NCBI GenBank assembly: GCA_031408195.1
Contig: JANNVL010000082.1
Span: 16,298 to 80,297 of the forward strand
From: Sphingomonadales bacterium
GTDB taxonomy: Bacteria > Pseudomonadota > Alphaproteobacteria > Sphingomonadales > Sphingomonadaceae
DNA: 64,000 nt
Direction of reading: 5' to 3'
Part shown: in pieces, positions 9,467 to 18,713 of the stretch
Numbering within the stretch: the stretch's first letter is position 1
Layout of the letters: every line of letters starts with the position of its first letter
Notes under the pieces: generated by a model
What the model saw: the letters and a program-made list of their open reading frames with translations, nothing else
Database searches by the model: none
What the model was told of the DNA's origin: nothing
Made by a program: the position numbers and the translations under genes

Positions 9467-10067
9467 GTCGCGCAGCCGCCTCGGCCCGCGCCCGAATCAG
9501 CGCCGTATCGGGCACCCCCTTCGGCACGATCCAACTTCCCCCGACGCATAGCACGGCTTCTTCGGCGAGCCACTCTGCCGCCGTTGCCTCGGTAATGCCA
9601 CCAGTCGGGCAGAAGCGCACTTGGCCGAAGGGTGCGGCAAGCGCCTTGAGCGCGGGCAAGCCGCCGCTAGCCGTCGCCGGAAAAAACTTGAATCGGTTCA
9701 GCCCCAGATCGAGGCCGCGCATCAGGTCGCTGGCGTTGGCGGTGCCGGGCAGGAACGGGATGCCGCTGGCGATGGCGGCCCGGGCGAGGGGGTCGGTGAG
9801 GCCGGGACTGACAATGAACTTCGCGCCCGCATTCAGCGACGCATCGAGATCGGCGGCGTTTAGGACTGTTCCCGCACCGATAATGGCGCCCTCTACCTTG
9901 GCCATTTCGGCAATCACATCGAGCGCGACCGCTGTCCGCAACGTGACTTCGAGGACGCGCAGGCCGCCCGCCACCAGCGCCTCGGCAATCGGCGCGGCAT
10001 GGGCGACATCGTGGATCACCAGCACCGGGATGACCGGTGCGGTCCGCATGATCGCTTCGATATTCAT
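9456..10067 (-). CDS. eda: KDPG/KHG aldolase
   Basis: From ATG 10067: PVIPVL, LEVTLRT, GAGTV, FIVSPG, FKFFPA, FCPTGGI, VGGSW. ATGA overlap with the glk stop. Confidence 0.95.
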   Translation of the reverse strand: MNIEAIMRTAPVIPVLVIHDVAHAAPIAEALVAGGLRVLEVTLRTAVALDVIAEMAKVEGAIIGAGTVLNAADLDASLNAGAKFIVSPGLTDPLARAAIASGIPFLPGTANASDLMRGLDLGLNRFKFFPATASGGLPALKALAAPFGQVRFCPTGGITEATAAEWLAEEAVLCVGGSWIVPKGVPDTALIRARAEAAARLNA

Positions 10068-11032
10068 TGGGTATGCTCCCGGGCGAACGCGGCAGCAGCA
10101 CCGAACAGGCCGGGCTGCGGATGGGTGATAAGTTTCACGGGCACCGACCGTATCAGCGTTTCGAACCGGCCCTTGGCGGCGAAGCGTTCGGCAAATCCCG
10201 AGCGCGGCAGATGGTCGCGCAGACGCAGGCCGACTCCGCCCGCGATGACGACGGCGGTCGGCCCGTTGATAAGCGCACAATCGCCCGCGATGGCCCCAAG
10301 GCTAAGGCAAAACCGGTCGAGCGCGGCGGCAGCGAGGCTGTCGCTACCGTCGAGCGCCGCCTGCCACAATTGCTTGTCGTCGCGTTCGGGGATTGGGCGG
10401 CCCTCGAGCCGCGCGAGCACGGCGTGGATCGCGGCAAGCCCCGGTCCTGACACAATGCGCTCGACCGAGACGCGGCGGAACGTCTTGCGGAGGTCGGCGA
10501 GTATGGCATCCTCGATGCTGTCGAGCGGTGCGAAATCGACGTGGCCGCCTTCACAGGCGATCACATGATAGGCCGCGCCGTCGCGGAACAGCTGGCCGAC
10601 GCCAAGCCCGGTGCCGGGACCAACGATGCTGATTATCCCGTGCTCGGGCAACGGTTCATCGGGGCCGCAGATGTGGTGGAGGTCATTCGCGCCGACCTGT
10701 GCGACCGCATGGCCAACAGCTTCGAAGTCATTGACCAGCACATGGGCATCGACGCCCAGTTTTTCGGGGATGAGCGCGGGGCGGATGATCCACGGGTTAT
10801 TGGTGAGTTGCAGCACCTCGCCTTTGATCGGGCAGGCAATGGCGATGGCTGCGGCGTGGGGCAGGGGGGCGGCCTGCGTTGCGGCGAATGCTTCCCACGC
10901 AGTCTGGAAACTGGCGTGTTCGGCTGTCTTGAGCGTGACGGGATCGCCGAGCGACTGGACGCGCCCGTCCGCCACTTCGGCGAGTGCAAAGCGGGCGTGG
11001 GTGCCGCCGATGTCGACTGCGACGACGTTCAT
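10064..11032 (-). CDS. glk: Glucokinase
   Basis: VDIGGTHARFA, VNDFEA, GPGTGLG, EGGHVDF, ERIVSGPGL, GGV motifs. Confidence 0.93.
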   Translation of the reverse strand: MNVVAVDIGGTHARFALAEVADGRVQSLGDPVTLKTAEHASFQTAWEAFAATQAAPLPHAAAIAIACPIKGEVLQLTNNPWIIRPALIPEKLGVDAHVLVNDFEAVGHAVAQVGANDLHHICGPDEPLPEHGIISIVGPGTGLGVGQLFRDGAAYHVIACEGGHVDFAPLDSIEDAILADLRKTFRRVSVERIVSGPGLAAIHAVLARLEGRPIPERDDKQLWQAALDGSDSLAAAALDRFCLSLGAIAGDCALINGPTAVVIAGGVGLRLRDHLPRSGFAERFAAKGRFETLIRSVPVKLITHPQPGLFGAAAAFAREHTQ

Positions 11033-11036
11033 CTAA

Positions 11037-11159
11037 TTCCTCCCCGGAACGGGGAGGGGGACCACGGAGTGGTGGAGGGGGCTTGCCGCAGGAGCGGACC
11101 AAGCGTTGAGAGCCACCTCCGTCAGCCTTTGGCTGCCACCTCCCCGTACCGGGGAGGAG
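11037..11159 (-). repeat. ~123-bp dispersed intergenic hairpin repeat (REP/MITE-like), copy 1
   Basis: Its reverse complement aligns end to end with 49563-49686. The terminal 31 nt CGTGGTCCCCCTCCCCGTTCCGGGGAGGAAT are identical. CTCCCCG-N3-CGGGGAG hairpins at both ends. Confidence 0.9.
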
Positions 11160-11172
11160 CGATGGAGCACCC

Positions 11173-12978
11173 TCACAACCCCGCGCTCGCCAGCATTGCC
11201 GACGCCCCACGCTCGGCTTCGTCGGCACCATGGCGCATGAAGGCAAACAACTCGCGCCCAGTGCCATCGGCGGCGGGCGGAGTCGGCGCTTGCTCGCGTG
11301 CTGATAGGTCAGCCGATGTCGAGAGTGCTCCGGTGACTGCACATACCCGCACGATATCGCCGTCGACCAGCTTGCCGATACCGCCGCCCAGCGCCGCTTC
11401 GGGCGTGACGTGAATCGCGGCGGGCACCTTGCCGCTCGCGCCCGACATCCGTCCGTCGGTGACAAGCGCGACGCGGAAGCCCTTGTCCTGCAACACACCG
11501 AGCGCGGGCGTCAGCTTGTGCAGTTCGGGCATCCCGTTCGCATGCGGCCCCTGAAAGCGGACCACCACCACGACATCGCGGTCGAGTTCGCCCGCCTTGA
11601 ATGCGCGCAGTACATCGTCTTGGGTCGAAAATACCGCGCAGGGTGCTTCGATGGTCCAGCGGTCGGGCTGCACCGCGCTGGTTTTGATGACGCAGCGTCC
11701 GAGATTGCCCTGCAACAGGCGCATACCGCCGTCGGGCAGGAAAGGGGCGGCGACAGGAGAGAGCATCGTCGCATCGCGCGGCTCTGCAGGGGCAGCGTTC
11801 CATACCAATGCGTCGTCAATGAGTGTTGGTTCGACCGCGTAGTCCGACAGCGAGCGCCGCGCGACTGTCATGACGTCATTGTGCAGCAGCCCCGCACCGA
11901 GCAGTTCGCCAATGACATAACCGATCCCGCCTGCGTGATGGAAATCGTTCACGTCGCCCGATCCATTAGGATAAACGCGCGCGATCAGCGGCACGGTGGC
12001 GGACAATTCGTCGAAATCCTGCCAGTCGATGTGGATCCCCGCCGCGCGCGCCATTGCGGGCAGATGGATCGCATGGTTGGTCGATCCGCCCGTTGCCAGC
12101 AGTCCGACAATGGCGTTCACGATGGCTTTCTCGTCGACGACCCGCCCGAGCGGGCGGTAGTCATCGCCGTCCCAGCCGATGTCTGCGACACGGTGCGTTG
12201 CAGCTCGAGTGAGTTCGGACCGCAGTTTCGTCCCCGGATTGACGAAAGCGGCGGCGGGCATGTGCAGGCCCATCACTTCCATCATCATCTGGTTCGAATT
12301 TGCCGTGCCATAGAAGGTGCAGGTGCCCGCGTCATGGTAGCTCGCGCTTTCGGCCTCCAGTAGTTCGGCTTGCCCGACTTTCCCTTCCGCAAACAATTGC
12401 CGGATGCGGACCTTTTCCTTGTTGGGCAGACCCGACGGCATCGGCCCGCCGGGGACAAAGATCATCGGCAAATGCCCGAAACGCAGTGCCCCAATGAGCA
12501 AACCCGGCACGATTTTGTCGCAAATGCCGAGCAACAGCGCGCCCTCGAACATCGCATGGCTCAGCGCGACGGCCGTTGACAGCGCGATTACGTCGCGGCT
12601 GAACAACGACAGGTCCATACCCGCCTGACCCTGCGTCACGCCGTCGCACATTGCCGGGACGCCGCCCGCGACCTGTGCGGTCGCGCCGACTTCGCGGGCG
12701 TAGAGTTTGATCGCCTCGGGATAGCGGCCATAGGGTTGGTGTGCCGACAGCATGTCGTTGAACGCGGTGACGATGCCGATGTTCATCGCCTTGCCGCGCT
12801 TGATGACGGGCTTGTCCTCGCCCGATGCCGCGAAGCCATGCGCGAGATTGCCGCACGCCAGATTGTGGCGGTTGGTCCCGCCATCGCGCTGGCGGGCGAT
12901 CAGGTCGAGATAGGCCGCGCGGGTGAGGCGAGACCGCTCGACGATGCGCGCGGTGACGGCTTCAAGGACGGAGTTCAT
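11173..12978 (-). CDS. edd: 6-phosphogluconate dehydratase
   Basis: [63 protein letters not shown]. Confidence 0.96.
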   Translation of the reverse strand: MNSVLEAVTARIVERSRLTRAAYLDLIARQRDGGTNRHNLACGNLAHGFAASGEDKPVIKRGKAMNIGIVTAFNDMLSAHQPYGRYPEAIKLYAREVGATAQVAGGVPAMCDGVTQGQAGMDLSLFSRDVIALSTAVALSHAMFEGALLLGICDKIVPGLLIGALRFGHLPMIFVPGGPMPSGLPNKEKVRIRQLFAEGKVGQAELLEAESASYHDAGTCTFYGTANSNQMMMEVMGLHMPAAAFVNPGTKLRSELTRAATHRVADIGWDGDDYRPLGRVVDEKAIVNAIVGLLATGGSTNHAIHLPAMARAAGIHIDWQDFDELSATVPLIARVYPNGSGDVNDFHHAGGIGYVIGELLGAGLLHNDVMTVARRSLSDYAVEPTLIDDALVWNAAPAEPRDATMLSPVAAPFLPDGGMRLLQGNLGRCVIKTSAVQPDRWTIEAPCAVFSTQDDVLRAFKAGELDRDVVVVVRFQGPHANGMPELHKLTPALGVLQDKGFRVALVTDGRMSGASGKVPAAIHVTPEAALGGGIGKLVDGDIVRVCAVTGALSTSADLSAREQAPTPPAADGTGRELFAFMRHGADEAERGASAMLASAGL

Positions 12979-12979
12979 G

Positions 12980-14482
12980 CTATAGCGATCCCTCGTGCCA
13001 GCTCGCCCCGTCGCGCTCGATCATGCCCATCGACGCTGATGGCCCCCAAGTGCCCGCTGTATAGGGCTTCACGGTGACGCCAGCTGCCGTCCACGCGTCA
13101 TGGATCGAATCGACCCATGTCCATGCCGCCTCTATTTCGTCGGCGCGGACGAACAAGGTCGTGTCGCCCTCCAGCAGGTCGAGCAGCAGTCGTTCATAGG
13201 CGACGCGGCGGCGCTGCCCCTCAAATGCGGCGGTCAGCGATACGTCGAGCTCGACTTCGCGCAACGCTACGCCGCCGCGGTCGAGGCCCGGCTCCTTGGT
13301 CATGATCGACAGCGACATGCCCTCGTTCGGTTGCAGGCGGATCACCAGACAATTCGCCGCCAGCCCCGGCCCGCGCCCGCTGAAGATCGAATGCGGGACA
13401 GGCTTGAACTGGATCAAAATTTCCGAATGCCGCATCGGCAACCGTTTGCCAGTGCGGAGGTAAAAGGGCACGCCCTTCCAGCGCCAATTGTCGAGGTGCG
13501 CTTTCACGGCAACGAACGTCTCGGTGTCCGAGGCCTTGCCCAGTTCGTCGGCGTAACCCGCGACCGGCTTTCCATCGATTGCGCCTGCGCGATACTGACC
13601 TTTGACGCTGTGGCTGTTTGCGGTCGCCGCGTCGAGTGGGCGCAGCGAGCGCAGCACCTTGACCTTCTCGTCGCGAACGGCGGTCGCGGTGTAGCTTGCC
13701 GGTGGCTCCATTGCGACGAGCGCGAGCAGTTGCAGCACATGGTTCTGCACCATGTCGCTAAGCGCGCCGACGCCGTCGTAATAGGACACGCGGCCTTCGA
13801 GGCCGACCGTCTCTGCGACAGTAATCTGGACGTGCTCGATCCCTTGCGAGTTCCACAACGGCTCGAACAACATGTTGCCGAAGCGCAGGACGAGCAGGTT
13901 CTGGACGGTTTCCTTGCCGAGGTAATGGTCGACCCGGAACACCTGATCCTCGGCGAATCCGTGTGCGACGGCGGCATTGACTTCGCGCGACGAGGGTAAG
14001 TCATGGCCGATGGGCTTTTCCATCGCGATGCGGGTCGCCGGACCCGTCAGCCCGACTGATTTCAACCCCGCCACAACGGGTGCGAACAGCGACGGCGGGG
14101 TCGAGAGGTAGAAGGCGACCCCGGCGTCTTTGGCAGGACCGATCTTTCCCGCCAGGCACTCGAAATCAGCGGGCGTGTCGACATCGACCGCGCAATAGCC
14201 GAGCCGTTTGAGGAAGCGGGCCTTCACCGCCGCGTCGATGCGCCCTTCCGGCAAATAACTGTCGAGCGCCGCCGCCACCTGATCGCGAAACGACACGTCG
14301 TCGAGTTTCGACCGTGCCGCACCGTGAATACGCACATCGGCACCCAGCAACCCGTCGGCGTCGAGATTATACAGCGACGGGAACAGCATCCGCTGCGCCA
14401 GATCGCCGGTTGCTCCAAAAATGACGATTGTCGCAAACGATTGCAGCAACTCAAAACTCCCGCTTTCCCTTACGGCTGCCAT
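12980..14482 (-). CDS. zwf: Glucose-6-phosphate 1-dehydrogenase (start ATG 14482 or TTG 14449)
   Basis: [41 protein letters not shown]. Only the last ~500 aa of the 982-aa track ORF are real. Confidence 0.93.
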   Translation of the reverse strand: MAAVRESGSFELLQSFATIVIFGATGDLAQRMLFPSLYNLDADGLLGADVRIHGAARSKLDDVSFRDQVAAALDSYLPEGRIDAAVKARFLKRLGYCAVDVDTPADFECLAGKIGPAKDAGVAFYLSTPPSLFAPVVAGLKSVGLTGPATRIAMEKPIGHDLPSSREVNAAVAHGFAEDQVFRVDHYLGKETVQNLLVLRFGNMLFEPLWNSQGIEHVQITVAETVGLEGRVSYYDGVGALSDMVQNHVLQLLALVAMEPPASYTATAVRDEKVKVLRSLRPLDAATANSHSVKGQYRAGAIDGKPVAGYADELGKASDTETFVAVKAHLDNWRWKGVPFYLRTGKRLPMRHSEILIQFKPVPHSIFSGRGPGLAANCLVIRLQPNEGMSLSIMTKEPGLDRGGVALREVELDVSLTAAFEGQRRRVAYERLLLDLLEGDTTLFVRADEIEAAWTWVDSIHDAWTAAGVTVKPYTAGTWGPSASMGMIERDGASWHEGSL

Positions 14483-14578
14483 AGCGTCCGCGAACCGTTC
14501 CGCAAGGCGCGCGGAACCGGTTGCGAATTGCGACGAAAGGGGACATTCGTATTCATCGAACGAGAACAGGAGAGCGAC

Positions 14579-16039
14579 GTGGCCGATATGGATACAGGCT
14601 TGTCGGGCGAAGCCGCGACACTGGCGCGACTGGCATCGGTGCGTGCGGCGCAACGCGCAGCGTTCGACGCCGAATTGCCCGTCTCCGCCGATGTCCGCCG
14701 CGATCGGCTGAAACGCTGCATCGCCATGATGCAGACGCACGGCGACGACTTTGCCAAGGCGATGTCCGAAGATTTCGGCCACCGAAGCCATGACCAGTCG
14801 ATGCTGACCGACATTGCCGCGTCGATCACACCGGCCAAACAGGCACTCAAAAACCTCGACAAATGGATGCGGCCCGAACGGCGCAGCGTGCAGTTTCCTT
14901 TGGGGCTGCTCGGGGCCAGCGCCCGCGTCGAATATCAGCCCAAGGGCGTGATCGGGGTCATTTCTCCTTGGAATTTCCCCGTTCAGCTGACGATGGCCCC
15001 GCTGGCGGGCATCTTCGCGGCGGGGAACCGGGCGATGGTCAAATCGTCGGAATTCACACCCGTGACAGCGGCCTTGTTCGAGGAAGTCGGCGCGAAATTC
15101 TTTGCCGATGATGAACTGGCCTTTTTCAGCGGCGGTCCCGACGTTGGGCAGGCATTTGCGAAACTGCCGTTCGACCATTTGATCTTTACCGGTGCGACCG
15201 GCGTCGGACGGCACATCCTTCATGCCGCCGCTGATAATTTGACGCCGGTCACGCTGGAACTCGGCGGCAAGTCGCCTGTCATCATCGGGAAATCGGCAGA
15301 TATGAAACAGGCCGCCGAGCGCATTGCTATCGGCAAGATGATGAACGCGGGGCAGATATGCCTTGCGCCCGATTATCTGCTGGTGCCGCAGGAGCGCGAG
15401 GCCGAGATCGTCGGCGAACTGACGAAGGCGGTGTCGGTGATGTACCCGACGTTGTTGAACAACAACGATTACACCTCGGTCGTGAACGCTCGCCACCGCG
15501 ACCGGCTGCGCGGCTATCTCGACGATGCCCGCGCCAAGGGGGGCGAGGTGGTCGAGATCAACCCTGGCAACGAGGATTTCGGCGCGTCGAACGGCACCAA
15601 GATGCCGCTCTACCTCGTCCGCAACCCGACCGACGATATGAAGGTGATGCAGGAGGAAATCTTCGGTCCCGTGCTGCCGATCAAAAGCGTTGCCAGCACC
15701 GATGAAGCGGTCGCCTATGTCAACGCACATGACCGGCCGCTCGGTCTGTACTATTTCGGCAAGGACGCGGGCGAGGAACGCCGCGTGCTCGAACTCACAA
15801 TTTCGGGCGGGGTCACGGTCAACGATGTCGTGTTCCATGTCAGCATGGAGGACTTGCCGTTCGGCGGGGTCGGGCCATCGGGGATGGGCAGCTACCACGG
15901 GTCTGACGGGTTCAAGACATTCAGCCACGCCAAGAGCATCTACCGCCAGCCCAAGATCGACGTTGCCAAACTGGCCGGGCTGAAGCCGCCCTATGGCAAG
16001 ACGACCCGCAGCACCGTGGCGCGCGAGATGAAGCCATAA
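14579..16039 (+). CDS. Aldehyde dehydrogenase, coniferyl-aldehyde dehydrogenase (CalB)-like
   Basis: PKGVIGVISPWNFP, FTG, LELGGKSP, GQICLAPDY, EEIFGP. GTG start at 14579 after AGGAGAG. Confidence 0.85.
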   Translation: MADMDTGLSGEAATLARLASVRAAQRAAFDAELPVSADVRRDRLKRCIAMMQTHGDDFAKAMSEDFGHRSHDQSMLTDIAASITPAKQALKNLDKWMRPERRSVQFPLGLLGASARVEYQPKGVIGVISPWNFPVQLTMAPLAGIFAAGNRAMVKSSEFTPVTAALFEEVGAKFFADDELAFFSGGPDVGQAFAKLPFDHLIFTGATGVGRHILHAAADNLTPVTLELGGKSPVIIGKSADMKQAAERIAIGKMMNAGQICLAPDYLLVPQEREAEIVGELTKAVSVMYPTLLNNNDYTSVVNARHRDRLRGYLDDARAKGGEVVEINPGNEDFGASNGTKMPLYLVRNPTDDMKVMQEEIFGPVLPIKSVASTDEAVAYVNAHDRPLGLYYFGKDAGEERRVLELTISGGVTVNDVVFHVSMEDLPFGGVGPSGMGSYHGSDGFKTFSHAKSIYRQPKIDVAKLAGLKPPYGKTTRSTVAREMKP

Positions 16040-16052
16040 TTGGACAGTGTGC

Positions 16053-16080
16053 TTAACAAAATCGAGGTTTCGCTAACCAT
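16053..16080 (+). promoter_or_regulatory. CtrA-like half-sites upstream of the CHASE2-EAL gene
   Basis: TTAAC at 16053-16057 and CTAACCAT at 16073-16080 in a short AT-rich intergenic gap. Confidence 0.35.
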
Positions 16081-16147
16081 TTATTCGGGACCGGTCGGGT
16101 AGCGCTGTCAGGCACAAGGACGCCCGACCGTAGATGACCCGACCCGA

Positions 16148-18499
16148 TTGCCCCCTGTGGCTGCAAAGCGGACTCGCCGGATGAGGCGCGTCTCGCTCCG
16201 CGCCCTGTGGTCACGCTTCCGCGCCGCATCGCGGGTACGGATCATGACCTATGCGCTGCTGGCATCGGTGTTGTGCGGAGTCACTGGCTTCCTCGAACCG
16301 CTCGACGATTTTGCGCGGAATATACGATACTCGTTGCGTCATGTGTCCGCTGATGGGTCAATCGTGGTTGTTTCCATTGACCAGAAAAGTGCCCGCGAAC
16401 TTGGTGGCAAGTATCCGTGGCCGCGGACCGTTGATGCCCAACTGATCGAACGGTTAAAATCGGCAGGCGCGAAAAAAATTGTCTTTGATCGTTCGTTCGC
16501 TGATGTCGATACTGCGGCAAATGATACGTCTTTGAACCGCACGCTAGATCGTTATCGCGGCGATATCTATTTTGGTTCCGGGATTTTGACGGTCAGTCGT
16601 GATGTGATCACCTCGACGATGATGCCTGCAGCCGTCTATCGACCTCATGTCGAAATCGGCACGTTGATGCAGTGGACCAACCCGATCGGGCAGCTGGCAG
16701 AATTGTACGTCGAAAACCCCAATGCGGATGCTCGCTATCCCGGGTTGTCTGTCATATTATCGGGGGCACCCGCGCCACGATCAGAACGGTTTCGTCCTGA
16801 TTTTGCCATCCGGAGTTCGACGTTTCCGACGTATTCGGTTTCCGATGTTGTATTAAATCGGGTTGGCCCGGACGAACTGGCTGGTCGAGATGTTATCATC
16901 GGCCTTGGTGAAATGGCATTCGGGGACAGCCATTACTTGCCCGGACAAGGTCGTATGCAAGGCGTTTACGCCCACGCCATCGGCGCGCAAACACTAAAGC
17001 GCGGAACACCGGTCGAACTCGGATGGTTCTATCCCATGTTGGCCGTTGGCATCGCGGCGTTCGCATTGCTTCGCACCCGTCGCGTTGCGTCTAGTGGCGC
17101 AACGGTAATGGGAGCGGGTGTTGCTCTGGCGTTCGTCCCGCTAGCTCTTGATGGGTACCTGCTGTCGGTTGACATTGCCCCTGCAACGCTGTTTTTTAGT
17201 ATCGTGTTGGTGCAGCACGCCCGATTGACTTTTGGCTGGCGCAAAAGTCGCACGCATGAGCATTCCGGGCTACCGAATGCCATTGCGCTGCGGGAAGTAA
17301 AGTCAGGTGCGGCACACGCGTTGATAGCAGCAAGGATAGACAATCACGCGGCGATCACCGCCAGCTTTGCCAAGGATGTCGAGCCTCTGATTGCCGCAGA
17401 AATTGTGGGGCGCCTGAAAGTCGGTGACGGCGGCATCAACGTCTATCAGGGCGATGAGGGTGTCTATTATCTGTTGTCGCCGATCACCGATACCATGCTT
17501 CTGTTCGAGCATCTCGACGGCCTTCATGCGCTGTTTTCTCAGCCAATTCGCGTTGGTGACCGCCAGGTCGATGTCGCGATTACATTTGGCATCGATAATA
17601 ATCCCGCTCGCGCAATGTCGAGCCGGGTTGGTAGCGCATTGCTGAGTGCTGAAGACGCGCGGCGGCAAGGTCTTCGCTGGAAACTCTATGAAGAGGCCCG
17701 CGGTGCCGATGCGGCGTGGGAACTCGCACTTGGCGGTGAAATCGATCGCGGGTTGGCGGCGGACGAATTCTGGCTAGCCTACCAGCCAAAGCTCGATCTC
17801 CGCACCGACACGATTGTCGGGGCGGAAGTTCTCGTGCGCTGGTCGCATCCCCAGCGCGGTGCAATCAGTCCGGTAGATTTCATCGCTGCTGCCGAACGCG
17901 ACCACAGGATCGAACGGCTAACCCGGTTCGTTTTCGAGCGTGCCGTGCAGGACGCAACAGTTATGGGGCGCACGGCTCAACTGTCGCTTGCCCTCAACGT
18001 CTCGGTCCCCGTGCTGCGCCGACCGGAATTTGCCGGCTATGTTATCGATCTCGTGACGCGACACGGGCTGGCCCCGCAACAGTTCACGATCGAAATTACC
18101 GAATCGGTGTTCTTTTCGGTCGATGACGATGTCGTTGTCGACAATCTGCAACGGTTGGGGGCGGCAGGTTTCGGCATTTCAATCGACGATTTCGGCACAG
18201 GCTATTCGACATTCGAATCGGTCCAGCGCATTCCCGCGACCGAAGTGAAGATCGACCAGACTTTCGTGAAAGCGCTGGGCGAACGCTCCGCCGACCGGAT
18301 CATTGTCGAATCGATCATCAAAATGGCGCAAGGACTGCGCCGTACCGTTGTCGCCGAAGGCGTCGAGGATGCCGCGACACTGGCCGAACTCAGGACGCTC
18401 GGGTGCGATCAAGTGCAGGGTTACTTCATCAGCCGACCGCAGCCGTTCGGCAGCTTCATCGATTTTGTTGCCCAGCGTTCGCAACGAAACGCAGCTTGA
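16148..18499 (+). CDS. CHASE2 sensor + degenerate GGDEF + EAL c-di-GMP phosphodiesterase; start uncertain (16148/16181/16244)
   Basis: Periplasmic CHASE2-like segment (YPWPR, IVFD, VIIG) then TM helices. GGDEF position reads QGDEG. EAL domain has AYQPK, AEVLVRW, DDFGTGYS, EVKIDQ, EGVE, QGYFISRP. Confidence 0.85.
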   Translation: MPPVAAKRTRRMRRVSLRALWSRFRAASRVRIMTYALLASVLCGVTGFLEPLDDFARNIRYSLRHVSADGSIVVVSIDQKSARELGGKYPWPRTVDAQLIERLKSAGAKKIVFDRSFADVDTAANDTSLNRTLDRYRGDIYFGSGILTVSRDVITSTMMPAAVYRPHVEIGTLMQWTNPIGQLAELYVENPNADARYPGLSVILSGAPAPRSERFRPDFAIRSSTFPTYSVSDVVLNRVGPDELAGRDVIIGLGEMAFGDSHYLPGQGRMQGVYAHAIGAQTLKRGTPVELGWFYPMLAVGIAAFALLRTRRVASSGATVMGAGVALAFVPLALDGYLLSVDIAPATLFFSIVLVQHARLTFGWRKSRTHEHSGLPNAIALREVKSGAAHALIAARIDNHAAITASFAKDVEPLIAAEIVGRLKVGDGGINVYQGDEGVYYLLSPITDTMLLFEHLDGLHALFSQPIRVGDRQVDVAITFGIDNNPARAMSSRVGSALLSAEDARRQGLRWKLYEEARGADAAWELALGGEIDRGLAADEFWLAYQPKLDLRTDTIVGAEVLVRWSHPQRGAISPVDFIAAAERDHRIERLTRFVFERAVQDATVMGRTAQLSLALNVSVPVLRRPEFAGYVIDLVTRHGLAPQQFTIEITESVFFSVDDDVVVDNLQRLGAAGFGISIDDFGTGYSTFESVQRIPATEVKIDQTFVKALGERSADRIIVESIIKMAQGLRRTVVAEGVEDAATLAELRTLGCDQVQGYFISRPQPFGSFIDFVAQRSQRNAA

Positions 18500-18503
18500 A
18501 AGC

Positions 18504-18538
18504 TTAACTCCTTGCTAACCACTTAATAATTCGGTAAC
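18504..18538 (+). promoter_or_regulatory. Two tandem CtrA-box-like motifs
   Basis: TTAA-CTCCTTG-CTAAC (18504-18519) and TTAA-TAATTCG-GTAAC (18523-18538), each one mismatch from TTAA-N7-TTAAC. Confidence 0.55.
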
Positions 18539-18584
18539 CAAATGACGCGCGCGCTGTATTGCGTGGCTTAACTAGGGGATCGAA

Positions 18585-18662
18585 ATGCGTAAGGTTATTC
18601 GCCCGACGCGCGGATTCTGGGACTGGCTCTTCGGATCCGGTAACGCAGGCGGCCGCGACTAA
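18585..18662 (+). CDS. Unannotated 25-aa small protein MRKVIRPTRGFWDWLFGSGNAGGRD
   Basis: ATG 18585 preceded by SD-like AGGGGA, TAA at 18660-18662, followed by a terminator. Below the ORF-track cutoff. Confidence 0.6.
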   Translation: MRKVIRPTRGFWDWLFGSGNAGGRD

Positions 18663-18675
18663 AGTCAGGTTTTAC

Positions 18676-18705
18676 GAAAAGGCCTCGGTAACCCGGGGCC
18701 TTTTC
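18676..18705 (+). terminator. Rho-independent terminator
   Basis: GAAAAGGCCTCGG-TAAC-CCGGGGCCTTTTC stem-loop (one G-U pair) with T tract. Confidence 0.8.
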
Positions 18706-18713
18706 TGTATCTG

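Noticed and set aside
14324-14578. N-terminal extension of the aldehyde dehydrogenase
   Set aside because: Overlaps zwf on the opposite strand; a good SD precedes GTG 14579.
14483-15928. Apparent ~480-aa N-terminal extension or fusion on zwf
   Set aside because: It is the antisense frame of the CalB-like gene; G6PD motifs begin only after about 14482.
18585-18662. Lasso-peptide or other classical RiPP precursor reading of the 25-aa ORF
   Set aside because: T-x|G is present, but there is no Asp/Glu at core positions 7-9 and no B/C maturation, radical SAM or YcaO genes nearby. Kept only as a generic small-peptide candidate.
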